The position numbers and the translations under genes were made by a program. 50,873 nucleotides of DNA from Perkinsus chesapeaki ATCC PRA-425 (lineage: Eukaryota; Protista; Perkinsozoa): positions 1-50,873 of the forward strand of contig JAAPAO010000224.1 in the NCBI GenBank assembly GCA_013115145.1. Direction: 5' to 3'. This document shows positions 1 through 11,839 of the stretch, piece after piece; position 1 is the first letter of the stretch, and every line of letters starts with the position of its first letter. Under the pieces are notes generated by a model. That model was given only the letters and a program-made list of their open reading frames with translations, ran no database searches and had not been told where the DNA came from.

Positions 1-19
1 GTAGCCATCTTGGCTCAAG
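1..19 (+). other. Spliced-leader (SL) sequence, genomic relic; 5' end cut by window edge
   Basis: GTAGCCATCTTGGCTCAAG equals the 3' 19 nt of the Perkinsus SL ACCGTAGCCATCTTGGCTCAAG. It is followed by TTC, not a GT donor. Confidence 0.85.
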
Positions 20-147
20 TTCAATTCTTGTGTTACGCTAGTAACAAATGGCGACGTCGGGCGCGGAGTTAGCATCCAACAGCGCTCGAGAATTTACCTT
101 CTTGCCATTTCCTTCTTAAACCAATCTGTCTCATCGTTCTCTGTTGT

Positions 148-858
148 ATGCCTCACCATCCTCCCGAGCTTGATATCAGCTTGAAAGGCTTACCACAAAA
201 ACAAGTGACTGAAATCAATGCATTTTGCCAGTTCAGTCTCGAAGGTGTTCTTAATTGTTTCGTCGAAAGATTCAATACTCCCATATATGCTTTTGAGTAC
301 TCTGCTAAATACGAAGGTGATCCTGGCACACCACCGATATCAACAACGCGAGAATGCTCATTACACTTAATACCAAATAGTATAGAACAAGTTGATGACT
401 TTACAGAAGTACGAAAGCTAAAACCAGAGTACATCGCTTACAGTGAGACCATGGCGATGGCACCGGGGATCTGCCGAGGGGCTTATGAATACGCAAAGGT
501 TGAAACGGAGCTCAGAGTTGTCAATCGTGACATGTTAGTCGGGCAATACAGCCGGATGGAGAAGATACCCCAATCGATGGCCGAAGATGGAATCTTGGTA
601 ACAGGTTCGAGGAGTCACTATTTTTCGGATAAGCCCTCAATTGACGTTATAATTGAACGGTCCCGTGAAGGTCACTATCTTCTGACACACATAGAAGACG
701 GGGTTGAGATCAGTAAATCACCTCTTAAGTGGATACCGATGAAAGAAGGGCAATCTTACAAGATAGAAATCGATAAGACACGATACGGTATAATAGTCTG
801 GTATTATATGTTCATTATTCACAAGCATACCGGCAAAACCGTAGTTCTGCGTCCGTAA
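148..858 (+). CDS. Hypothetical protein, intronless, 236 aa
   Basis: Uninterrupted ORF downstream of the SL relic; no family recognised. An upstream out-of-frame ATG at 48 opens a 23-codon ORF. Confidence 0.55.
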   Translation: MPHHPPELDISLKGLPQKQVTEINAFCQFSLEGVLNCFVERFNTPIYAFEYSAKYEGDPGTPPISTTRECSLHLIPNSIEQVDDFTEVRKLKPEYIAYSETMAMAPGICRGAYEYAKVETELRVVNRDMLVGQYSRMEKIPQSMAEDGILVTGSRSHYFSDKPSIDVIIERSREGHYLLTHIEDGVEISKSPLKWIPMKEGQSYKIEIDKTRYGIIVWYYMFIIHKHTGKTVVLRP

Positions 859-1327
859 TAAGATTTCATCTGTCCCCGATTGTGTGACACATGTATCCTT
901 CTCAGGAACGGCGTGAAGGAACAACCCAAGAGCATTAAGTAAGTCATCTTCTGTCCTTATTTTTAAATATCCCTTATCAGGTTTTTCGACTCCACCATTC
1001 CCGGGTAAAGTATCCGCAAAACCGCGTCTTCATCTTCTTTGACTTCAGGCTATCACCAATACAGAATGTCACCGGTCGTTTAATTGAATGCTGTCCAAGG
1101 CAGGTTTTACACCATTTCTACCGAATAACTCCTTCACCTTAAGGTACGCGGCGTCCGAGTTGTTTTCGAAACCAATATGCATTTTATCGGAGGGAGAGGA
1201 TCTGGTGTAGACCATAATTGTGTTGTCCACGTTGTTGTTTTCATCGAGACCTATGTGTATGTGACCATCAGCCTTTTCTTGTATCCTCGTTAATAATGGT
1301 CCTTACAAGTATCCTAGTTGTTTTATA

Positions 1328-2074
1328 ATGCCTGGTACCTTTTCGCTCGTTTTAGCGTCAGTGTCCGTCGTCAACGTTGTGCTCAGCATCCCGCTGTTAG
1401 AGCAACGCTCAAGCATCTTTTGTCGATCCAGCAGCGCCAGATCAGAGATGTGCGGGATGGAGTTCCAATCAACCCAGACTATGCCTATGTTCCTTCTAAA
1501 TTACCCAACAATTGGTGGGGTAAATGTAAGAACGATGCAACCAGAAGAAAGCATACTATCAGACTTAACCATAACCGAAAGAACGAGCCGGTACACTAAG
1601 CCCAGGATGGAAGTGTCCGAAGGCGACCCTTTCGTCTGGATGGCTAATGTGAGAATTCCGCGAGGAACAACTCCGAAAGGCCTCCCTCGCCACATTAACG
1701 ACACCGTCATCCATGTGGATGCCTCCCACTGGGCATTCGCTTCTAAACCCACTCCGGACCAATTCTTTACTAAAAAGCAAAAACTGAGTTTTGAAAGAAT
1801 GTCCGAGATGAGCAAAGGCGAGGTATTGCACTACTACAGTAACAACCCAAACGACGGAGGTTTTATCGTTAAGGATGGTGAAGTTAAGAAAGTGATTGAC
1901 CAAACAAAAAAGATATTCTCTACGCCTTTCGTATGGGATGTTGACCGGTCACATGCGGTTCAAAACTCACCGGGCAATAAGATAAGCATTGTCGTGTTCT
2001 TGCCTTATTTTCTGATTCATATCGGCCAAAATTCAGAGGGAGATTTGGTGGATTTACAAGCCTATAGATGGTAA
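1328..2074 (+). CDS. Hypothetical secreted protein, intronless
   Basis: 248-aa ORF with hydrophobic signal-peptide-like N-terminus (MPGTFSLVLASVSVVNVVLSIPL). Confidence 0.6.
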   Translation: MPGTFSLVLASVSVVNVVLSIPLLEQRSSIFCRSSSARSEMCGMEFQSTQTMPMFLLNYPTIGGVNVRTMQPEESILSDLTITERTSRYTKPRMEVSEGDPFVWMANVRIPRGTTPKGLPRHINDTVIHVDASHWAFASKPTPDQFFTKKQKLSFERMSEMSKGEVLHYYSNNPNDGGFIVKDGEVKKVIDQTKKIFSTPFVWDVDRSHAVQNSPGNKISIVVFLPYFLIHIGQNSEGDLVDLQAYRW

Positions 2075-2943
2075 AGATGGTATTGTGTAACGCTCGTGAT
2101 GGGTATTCATTTTAGGGGAGGTCCTCTTCAAACTACGAAGTGGAAGATTCCGTAAGTGTCATCCTCAAGCCAAGCTTTATCTCTCATTTTGCCCTCTTCA
2201 GGTTCTTCCTTCTACCGATACCAAAGTGAAATTAATGCGCAGTTTTATAATTATGCATTTTCTAGGTTCATCGATGAGCCTGACTCGGTACCTAATTCTC
2301 CGCCGCCGCCGAGGTGAGCGGAGAGTGTCGGATTCTTTTTCACGACTTCTCAGTTACGCTGAAGCCACACGACCAAGAATCCCCCGACGGGCTGGCGGCC
2401 TTTCTCGCCCAGCTAGTAAGGGGCTATTAAATACACTGGTGTGATACATGTATTGTGATGTTATATGTTAACCTATTTCCCCCCCACTGTTTTGTTACTC
2501 ATACTGGCTTACTTATCAAATACGTTGCTCTTGGTTGGTTCTGCGTTCTATACAAAGGAACGGGGAACCTTTGAAAGCTTCTATTAGCCTCATTGAGAAT
2601 GATAACAATAATAGTATAGGACAGAATTCTGAGAGATGAAACAAGGATGCATTCTTGGTCAACTCGACACACTAAACACTCGAGATGATTCGTTCGATGA
2701 CGACCGTTAGCGTTCATTTCAAGAACTAAGGCATTCACCGTGGCTGCCATACCGTAGATCACCTACGTATCTCAGGCCGCATCCCTCATTCGACAGTATA
2801 CTCAGAGTTTGATATAGTAATTCAGCAACAGATTCGCAGCTTTGGACTCTGGAAAGAAGCCCTTTCCAAGGAGCCTCTGTAGTGATTGCCTTTCCTCAAC
2901 CTATCTGTTTCAAGTAAAGTATTTTGTTGTTAATACGGGGTTC

Positions 2944-3615
2944 ATGCCAACAGCTTTAAAGTTGCTATTCTCTCCTATGCACATTGGTGCTTACGTGACG
3001 TTCGCGGCTTTTAATGTTGCCGCTGGTGAATCAGCGTATGAATGTTTCTGCAGGGACTCTGGAAAGCATTCCTCTAGGAAGGAGTGCTTTCTGGAAGAGG
3101 ATGAGAAACCAACGAAAGCTTTCTTCTACGAAATACTCAGAGATGATGATGGCTTCAACTCGGCGAGAACGAAGTACTGTGACTTGGAGCCGGCCGGCGA
3201 GGATGGAATCAAACCTCTGCAAGGATGCACACTTGACCATTTTAAAGACAAGGGAACAGTGTATACGTACAGGGAATACATAAAGGGAGAACGCACCTTG
3301 AATCAAGATCATAGGCACACATTCACTAAACTGAAGAAAGTCCCTAAGAAAGAGCTGAAAAAGGAATACAAACGCGAATTATTGAAATTCGTCTCCCGTG
3401 ACCCAGGCGGCAGGCTGTTCGTTACAAGTAAGGGAGAAATACAGTGGCAGAAGGATGGTAACCACATCGAGGAGGGTCTATGGTCCAAAAAGGCTCGGAA
3501 TGTCCCCAAGTCGGAGAGGAAGAGTCACTTCACCTTCCCTAGTGGCACAGTTGGATATTTCTCTGAAGGCATTGCCATCATATTGAAGCCAACGCTCATT
3601 GTTCTCGTTAAGTAA
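2944..3615 (+). CDS. Hypothetical, possibly secreted protein, intronless
   Basis: Open from 2842; first ATG at 2944 followed by a hydrophobic stretch (HIGAYVTFAAFNVAAG). Confidence 0.55.
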   Translation: MPTALKLLFSPMHIGAYVTFAAFNVAAGESAYECFCRDSGKHSSRKECFLEEDEKPTKAFFYEILRDDDGFNSARTKYCDLEPAGEDGIKPLQGCTLDHFKDKGTVYTYREYIKGERTLNQDHRHTFTKLKKVPKKELKKEYKRELLKFVSRDPGGRLFVTSKGEIQWQKDGNHIEEGLWSKKARNVPKSERKSHFTFPSGTVGYFSEGIAIILKPTLIVLVK

Positions 3616-4323
3616 AAACAAAAGCTGCTAGTCCGGGGTCATAGTCATTCCATTTCAGGGAGGATCTTCCATTAGCTGCTGCTGTTCCAGATGCAAGGTA
3701 AGCTATCGGACATGTCAGTCACAGGTTTAATTTACAGGCACCCTGATTCTCCACATTCCTCCGAGGATGAGGAACCACCAAGGTGACTAAAGCCATGTCA
3801 GGCTCCTAGGATCCCCTTCAAATTAGTTACGATGAGTATGCTAGATCGTCCCGGCCCCGTCAACATCGACAGGGAAGGTGAGAACAAGGAGAGAGTGACA
3901 TATCATGCTTTGTGCTGTTGATGTTGTTGTTGATGTTGTTGATGTGGTGTTGAATAGTGCCGTTGTTGTTTCATAACCCTGGCGATCTTGTAGCATTCAA
4001 CATGCTTTATAGTGCAGATTCGTAGAGTTTAGCACTACAGGAGGCTTGCTAGCTGATGGCTTCACTGTATCCTCCACAAGGTGACCAGGGAGATTCAATC
4101 ATCATGGTTGTGGTATCAACATGTCAGCATTTAATGTTTTATTGGAAGTATAATATCAACGAAGAGTCCCTGCTAATAACAAGTTACGTGATGATGTATA
4201 GTTCATGCTAGTGTTTACCGCGTTAATCCGTCCTTCTACTTACAACGCGATGAATGATAGAATTGTGGTGAAACTCCAGCAGTATAATGATAAGGGTTGT
4301 AATGTTACATTTTCAGATGCCAT

Positions 4324-5919
4324 TTACTGACAGTCTTTGACAAAATAGACAACACTTGAAGAGCTCATTGAATCTACCGATGAACTCGCTAAGGACTCGG
4401 CTTGTCGCATATCAGCTGTCAACGCAACCTTCCATCCTTGCTTATCCATTGCCTCAACAATCCCTATTATCATCTTCGATGCGCTCAATGCTACTCGTCT
4501 GTTGACATCCTCACCGAAAGGAGACTTCCTCAGACGAATGCCTACAGAGTGATGGCTGTAATCGACCTTATCGGTGACAACTTCACGATGGCTCCACAAC
4601 GGCGACCCTCGAAGGTCATTCAATGACCGTATAATGGTCTCTGCAGCTTTAGACAGGCTGTGGCAATCGGAAGATACTATCAAAAACTCTCTGGTGCTTA
4701 CCATGGTCATCGCCATTACCTTAGCCCGACGAGGTGACGACGGAGCGGTATTAGGTGACTGACTCTGTGGACGAGTGAGTACAATCAACGAAGCATCGGG
4801 AACACGATCACAGCAGTTTATGGAGGCCAGGGGGTCGAAATGACGCTCATACAGAATAACAATAATGCGAATAAGCAATAGTAGGCCCTGGGCCTTAAGG
4901 GCAGGGGAAGAGCTGCTCCACGGTTGACCAACAAGCTGCCAATGATAAGACCCTCCGTCAAAGTATTCATTCTTGGATCCATCACACCACTTCTCATCGA
5001 CAAGGTTACGAACGGCTTCGACATCATCACGATTATTCAGACCATCTTGAGGCACTATTACCCGAAGCTCTGACTGACCGGAGATTCCAAGGCCAATATA
5101 AGCAGTCGAGGTGGTGGCATCATCATCATCTCCATTTTCTCTCGTACGAAATGTTAATGTCGATTTAGCGTCAATGTGACGGTCGGCCAAAGTCGAGTTA
5201 ACCAGCTTGTAACCGCTACTGTTGTCCAAGTCGACCAAAGTATTTATTATGGTCTCTTGGGCCATACAGAGGCGGTGACCAGAAGCCTGCCAAGGCTGAC
5301 CCGTTAGCTCTATAGTGTGAAGTCCTGGACAATCGTCACGCTCCTTGGCGACAACCCACGAGGTCTCGATGCCTCTCTTGGCCGAGTCGATGAACTCATC
5401 CAGGTCATCACGGTCATCGCAGGCCAAAAGCATGTCACCAGCACCCAGCAGAGACATCACTGTCGGAGGGCCAGGCTCGAAAGCTATCCTTGCTGATGAC
5501 CGATGGAGCAACCAAACTTCCAAAAGATCATCTGGAGATACCTCAAATCGGCCGATCACAGGCCAGCCATGGTCCTGTAATGTTGTCACCAATTCACCGA
5601 TCAAGCAGTAGGCCTCCTTCGCCTCGCCGGGCGTCTCGGTCTTCCACGGTGCACCGTGGAGTTGGAACTTGAACAGGCCTTCATCCGGAGCTACATTACG
5701 CCACCGTCGATGAAACGGTCCATTGTCGAGGTTAGTCGTAGCGTCCTCGGCGATGCCTTGTGGCCACTTCAATAGCAATACGTCTCTTATAAGGTTAACC
5801 AGTGACTCTGGAGAGCTATTAGAGAGGTAAATATTATTTGACTTTGACAAAATAAGCGGGTAAAAATCTTTTTCAGAATTCGCTTCTGCGGGCATTATTT
5901 TAGACGGTTGAGAACCCAT
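4324..5919 (-). CDS. Intronless 531-aa protein with ~4 internal repeats (W..G...F.L.G.PW) and predicted N-myristoylation
   Basis: MGSQPSK fits MGxxxS. Repeats: KWPQG..FKFQLHGAPW, TSW..TIELTGQPW, KWCDG..HWQLVGQPW, and degenerate PLW..IRLRKSPF. Confidence 0.8.
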   Translation of the reverse strand: MGSQPSKIMPAEANSEKDFYPLILSKSNNIYLSNSSPESLVNLIRDVLLLKWPQGIAEDATTNLDNGPFHRRWRNVAPDEGLFKFQLHGAPWKTETPGEAKEAYCLIGELVTTLQDHGWPVIGRFEVSPDDLLEVWLLHRSSARIAFEPGPPTVMSLLGAGDMLLACDDRDDLDEFIDSAKRGIETSWVVAKERDDCPGLHTIELTGQPWQASGHRLCMAQETIINTLVDLDNSSGYKLVNSTLADRHIDAKSTLTFRTRENGDDDDATTSTAYIGLGISGQSELRVIVPQDGLNNRDDVEAVRNLVDEKWCDGSKNEYFDGGSYHWQLVGQPWSSSSPALKAQGLLLLIRIIVILYERHFDPLASINCCDRVPDASLIVLTRPQSQSPNTAPSSPRRAKVMAMTMVSTREFLIVSSDCHSLSKAAETIIRSLNDLRGSPLWSHREVVTDKVDYSHHSVGIRLRKSPFGEDVNRRVALSASKMIIGIVEAMDKQGWKVALTADMRQAESLASSSVDSMSSSSVVYFVKDCQ

Positions 5920-5985
5920 AATAGATCAGATAATAGAAAAACTTGGGACAATCCTTGGCTACCAAACGCAAGTCCAATAACACGC

Positions 5986-8220
5986 TCAGAAACCTTCCTC
6001 TTTCACTTGGGTTTCATCCCCGACCGGCGTAGTCGCCGAGATCAGTTGTTCCGGCGATCCGGTGATAAATCTTATCAATTCGCGTGCAGCATTAAATTTG
6101 GCTTCCTGAAAAACAAGCGTCGCAACCGAGGATCAAACCTGCCTTACCTTGCCCACGGAAGCTTCTCCGACAAAGGCTCGACCAGCGAGGCAGTCCGCTT
6201 GCAGAAAAGCTTTGTAACTCGGCGGTGAAGCGTTCTGACAAAGCCAGCAGCAATTTCGGAATCCCTGCGGACCTGGAGGCCCTCCGGGCTACGGAAAGCG
6301 TGACGAGTGTCTTCTGCGACCACAGTGAGGAGAGAACGATTAAACTCAGATTCGCAACATACTCTTCCGACGTAATAAAGTCTCATAGTTTCCCACTTTA
6401 TCTATTTCAGTTCGCCAGGTGAACTTTCCCGGTGGCATCCCCATCCTCTGCAGTAGCGTGTTGGCCTCCCCTATAGGGTTTGTCCGGCTCTCCTCAATAG
6501 CCTTCTCGACGCACCTTCCTGCACTAACTCTTTCTTCATCAGCAAGCGCGATGGAGAACTCACGTTCATTTGCTGGCAGTTGAAGATCGATGCTTTCCAG
6601 AACAAGTTTAGCGCACGCTTTCTGAGCGTCCTTCTTGCGCAACACCCACGGGCCACGGAAGCCCTTCTCGTTCCCCTTTAAAGGAAATGTCGCCATGGCC
6701 GAAAACTTAAAGAATCGCTTCGCTCCGCTGAAGGTGCAGAAACTCACCAACGGGCGAGGAATCTCCCTGGGTTTCATTTCTATAAACTGCCACGTAATTC
6801 TTCGAGACTCGTCATCTGTACCTCCGTACGTTTCCACGGTCCTAAAAATCCCTTACTTCAAGATACATTCCAATACAGCGATAAACAACAGCACTGACTA
6901 ACTCATTTGAGCTCCTCGGAATGCCTCCATCGAAAGGGGACGACAGGTCCGCTACCTTTGCTGGGAAGTACAGAAATTCGAAAAGATTTCCTTTACTGGT
7001 CAGCATGGTAGCTATCGCATTCGAAGTTCTATTGAGGAGCATAATAGATCGAACTATTCCTTGGGGCTCTTGCAGCAGCCCTTGACACTCATCCCCTTGA
7101 GTAAGAATGCCAGTATTGAGACTACCAACTTTACCTGTCTAAAAGCTGCAAGTAGGGCGTCTTGTCTTTCTTGGGCCATTCAATGACTTCCTCTCTATGC
7201 GTTCCCACGGTGACAAATTGTTTTCCAGTTTCTTCAGTGTAAGGCTCAGTTTTAGCCACACTTCGCGTGCTGACAGCTCTCATCGGGCCAATAGCCTAAC
7301 CGTTGAGTAGTTATACTTAACCACAGAAGAGGAGCCAGGCAAGAATCCGGCACTCGTAATCAACTCACCGGTTTTTTGCTCCTCCTTGGCCGACAAAGCT
7401 GTTTGAACCTGAATTTTTAAGACTAAGAATCGGATCAGAAAGTCAGATTTCAAATTGGACATTTTCCGTCCAGAACCAATTCCGCCACTGCCGACCAACC
7501 ATTAAGGCGTCTCTGTCATCCGCTAATGCACCGAAAAACGCTCAGCTTTGATTTTCCGGAAACACCGATTCATCTAATCGTTGATGAAGACGTGGCAACT
7601 TGAGATTGCAGAATTGCAGGTGAATCCTCTTACCTCCATCATCAACCCAACTGGCAATCCTAGAGGTATCCAAGACTTATAGTTTGATTCGAGCAAAGCC
7701 TCTCGAGAAGATAATGCATTCGTTACGAGACAGTCGGTTACCTAAAAAAGTTAAATACATTTTGAACCTCGCGATCTATTATTCAGTGCTGAAATGAGCG
7801 AAGATACTCGCCAACATGCCGAGGGAAAGTCCGGAAAATTTCCAGATTTTCCAGTACTGAACAGCGTCCATTAATGAAGTTGTGTCTCCTAACTGGCAGT
7901 CGACACTTACCCGCGAGATTTCTCCATTGGAGCGTCCTCGTGCTCGCATCCTCTCGGACACAGCCTCCATCACTTCACCGCCGCCGCGCTCGGCTGTATC
8001 ATCATCATCCTCTAACATTCAAAATCAACTGCAAACATCAGTTCATGACATCGATGGGAGATTGTGCCGTCACAGTTTCATTCATATTCCCAAACATCTT
8101 CAGCACTCGTTGAAAAAACTCGTGACGTTTTGGAATTATACAATGTAAAATTGACTTGTTTTTCCATTCCAACACTTCGGATGTACTAGTCTCCGTAAAG
8201 GTGTAGTATTTCTGTATCAT
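5986..8220 (-). CDS. Multi-exon dsRNA-binding-domain (dsRBD) protein; 5' exons uncertain
   Basis: dsRBD1 end FRGPWVLRKKDAQKACAKLVLE. Spliced dsRBD2 NPIGEANTLLQR..K|PGGPPGPQGF..AFVGEASVGK|EAKFNAARELI. Stop at 5986. Confidence 0.65.
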
Positions 8221-8408
8221 CTTCCAACCTCCCGGCTGCTGTGTTGTCCTTGACCATTGGTTCACCTCCTCGTGCACGCAACAACGCAATTCAACGGTCA
8301 ATTCGATAAACATCAATTCGCTAATGCCGCGAGAAGAAATGAATACACAGTAGAAACTTCAAGGCAGTATCTTGCCTCCGACTATACATATGCACGCACG
8401 CGCAATTA

Positions 8409-10350
8409 TCACTGTTTGGCGGCAATTATGCGACTCATCAGGTCTGCCACCCCAGGAAGGAGTGCGTGGTCATTAGAGTTCACTTTCAGTCTGCCGAGAC
8501 TCTGAAGGAATCAGCTTTAATTTCCAGGCGCGCGACAAAATTACTTTAATTTCGGTCATAGCGTTGCCCATAACGACTGGGACGTCTGCGTTCTGTAACA
8601 TCTCTCTGTCGTTCATTGCATCGCCGATACAAGCGACCGTATTATCTGCATCCACAGCCACTGTTTTTACACGTGTTAAAACGTTAGAAACTTACAGCCA
8701 AGTCGTTCTTTAAGGACACGGATGCCGTATCCTTTATTGGCTGTCTGCGGTATAATGTCGCAGAGGAAAGATAATGACTGAGCAGCTGCACATCCATTGG
8801 ACCTAAATGCGGTTAGAAATACACCTATGCGATCACAAAAACGCCCAGCAACTGTACTACTCATCATCCTAACCAGTGATTTAGATATTACCGGCCGAAC
8901 GGATTACAGACTTTCCAATCGGAGCCACACTTTCCCGAAATTCCAACACTCTTCAAGCTCATAAGGTAACGTTGACCAAGGTACTTACTTTGCGAATGCC
9001 TTCAAACGATCGACAACTTGGGTTTTCATATATTGCGGGTCAGGAGTTATGACGTGAACCTGGCGGAAGGAATGATAATAGATACCTGCTATCAACGAAA
9101 AGGGAAAACAGCATCAACAGCGGTCAGAGATGGAGGTTAGTCACTGCGATCTGTCCAAATTCTCAAACTCATGTGTGAAGGGTGATGAGAGGCAGGCATG
9201 GAAAATGAAGGATATAGTGTCGTCCACAGCAGAGGCATCTTTCCTACCATATGAACAGGAATGGCTTCATCCCGAACTCTCTCAAGTAGGCCATCATAAC
9301 CACCACAGTCCTCAGGAGAAGGATCATCGAACCTGTTGAACCGAGAATTAATCAACGCAAGGATCTCTCAACGTTACATTCTCTCCATGCATCTGACAAA
9401 GTCGTTCGTGAACGGTGCCAAAACTCTGTCGCCACTGCAGATAAGGGGTATAACTGTATCTTGGCGCCGCAGACCGTTCACCAAATCACAAACCTACAGC
9501 AACAACACGATCCTAGTACAGCGCCTGGAAACCGACTCAAATATTAAATTAAAGGTTGCGGTATGAACTCCTTGAGTTGTCAAATCGTTCTAGCTCGGGA
9601 GTGTGGTGATCCAAGAATCATCGTACAATTAAAGTGAATTAATTAAAGTCCGAGTTCACCGTACTTATTACAGTAGTAGGTAAGTTACTCGGAATAATGA
9701 CTAAGTGATACTCACTACAACTCACACTAAACAATGCCGCCCTCGAGTTGACAAGCCCCGGGACGGGTAAGGAAGTCGTAAGAATGTTCAACCGCAACCA
9801 GCAACTCCTAAGATATTCTCCGAACGGCACAAGGTTATCCAAATTCGAATGGTCGTGCCCATTTTGGAGATCAGCCCTTTATAGTCCAACACTAGCTCGC
9901 TACTTACTATTTGATAATCCAGAACAACGTTGGATGCCACTTGACCATGTTCATCGTATACAACACAACCATTCAAGTAAACACCTGGAAGGGAGTACCT
10001 ACGAACAGAACCATCCTACTGACATCCGGCAGAGATGCTCAAGTCAACTTACAAATCGATTCCTCCCTTAGAAAAGCATTTCGCCGCGGACATCCGACAT
10101 CGACCAGTCGCTGGTATAACAGCACCTGAGACCATCCCCTCCCACTCGGCCATCTGGAGAGCGACTCACATCCGAGCTCCCGGGCCTTGTGGATCATCTC
10201 GAATGTGATACCATGGATGTTATGATCGGGTCCGAGGACAGTCCCATCCATATCCGTACAGACCAATTCTACAGGGCGAAGAAAATCCTTCTCAACATTG
10301 GGAAGGGCGCATGCAGTAGTGGCCTCTACTGTGGGAGTTAGACTTGGCAT
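8409..10350 (-). CDS. Cof-type HAD-superfamily (IIB) hydrolase, multi-exon
   Basis: Motif I LVCTDMDGTVL, VIPATGR, PGVYLNGCVVY, DIIPQTANKGYGI, motif IV CIGDAMNDREML. Confidence 0.9.
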
Positions 10351-11839
10351 AGGGCGAGGAAAAAGAAAAGAGAAACAGTAAACACTGAAATGTATCGAGA
10401 ATATGGTACAGAATAAAATGTATGTATTCACAAAGTGATGGGTGACTACTTAGTGAGAAGACTGTTATACTTGCATGGCGGCGATAATACCGACAAATTA
10501 AAACTAGGAAGTTTAGAAACAAGTGTGCAGATTTGGTAAATAAGCACAAGTCTTGAGTCACACGTAACTGAAGCAACCAATACAGACGACCACTCAAGCC
10601 TAGAAGTTCCTTCGAACAAAAGGTTGTACAAATTAGAAATGACCCCTTCACACAACACAAGTATTATAATAAATATTATTCCCTCCTACTTCCCCAGTAT
10701 CCCGGTGCAGAAGGCGGCCCGGAAGGATGAACTTCGTTACTATTCTCTTCTTGCTGTATGGCAAGGTTTGCAGCTGCCTCACCAGCCTCAGTCGCACGAT
10801 TTAACAATACAGGAGTATCATGTTGAAAGGGATCGTTCAGCGGTGGTGGTCCCTAATAAGCCAATGTGGTGCTACGCTTACTGCCCCAAAGGACCCCTCA
10901 CCTGGCTGGGAGGCATCCATTTCCGACAATCCACTATTTCCGTTTTCGAATTCCCAATGCTAGGACTGCTGTCGTTCCGTCTCAGTCTAACTCGCTTGTG
11001 TGGAGGACCCCGATAGTGATTTGATTGGTGGTGATGGAAACTTCTGGAACCAAAACTTTCGCCAGACCATTTATTGTATCCACTCTAAAAGTAACGTTCT
11101 ACAAAAAATACCAATTCGTATACCGATACGTGAATTTTCTGTGTCTCGAGCAGCTCCTTACCACACCTCTACGGTGCTGCAGGAGAAGTTCATCGATAGA
11201 TTCCCGCTGGACAGTTTTCGTCGAGCTGCCTTACGGTGTAGGACTTTTTAATACCGTGAGCGGTATAATGCAGTTGTGGGATTAAGTGTTGAATAGATTC
11301 GACCTTGTAAACTCCTGCAGCCGATCCCTTACCTTAAACTGTCCATCAGTATCCTTCCTTCCCGCATGCATTGTAGCCCCTCTACTCCAATGATGCTGCG
11401 ATGACTGGGTATCACTGGGTCGATAATGATGATGGAAAGTGTCTGGTCGCTGGATGGGAGAATCGGTAAAATTCTAAAAGTGAATAATGCTATATAATTG
11501 TTATTATTATCATCACATAATATATCTTAATATATGACTAGTTATTATAAATTAATAACAGCTTCTCAAGTCCGGTCTTAATCCTATTGAAACCACAACC
11601 TTACACTTCAATATATATCATTACTGATTAATATCAACTATAATAATATACTAATACGGTAATCTAATGGTTAACTAGTCCAACTCGCATGTCTAGGTAA
11701 TGTCGGCCTAAAGGCTTCGATGAGGGGCATGCAACAACCCCTCAACATTTCCCCCACACACCACTAGCTCACCACAGCCTCATTTTCCATCGCTCCATCC
11801 ATCAACGGAAGCGACGATTCTTCCGTGAAATCTCCGTTC

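Noticed and set aside
1-60. Functional SL-RNA gene
   Set aside because: No GT donor follows the SL; the sequence continues TTCAATT.
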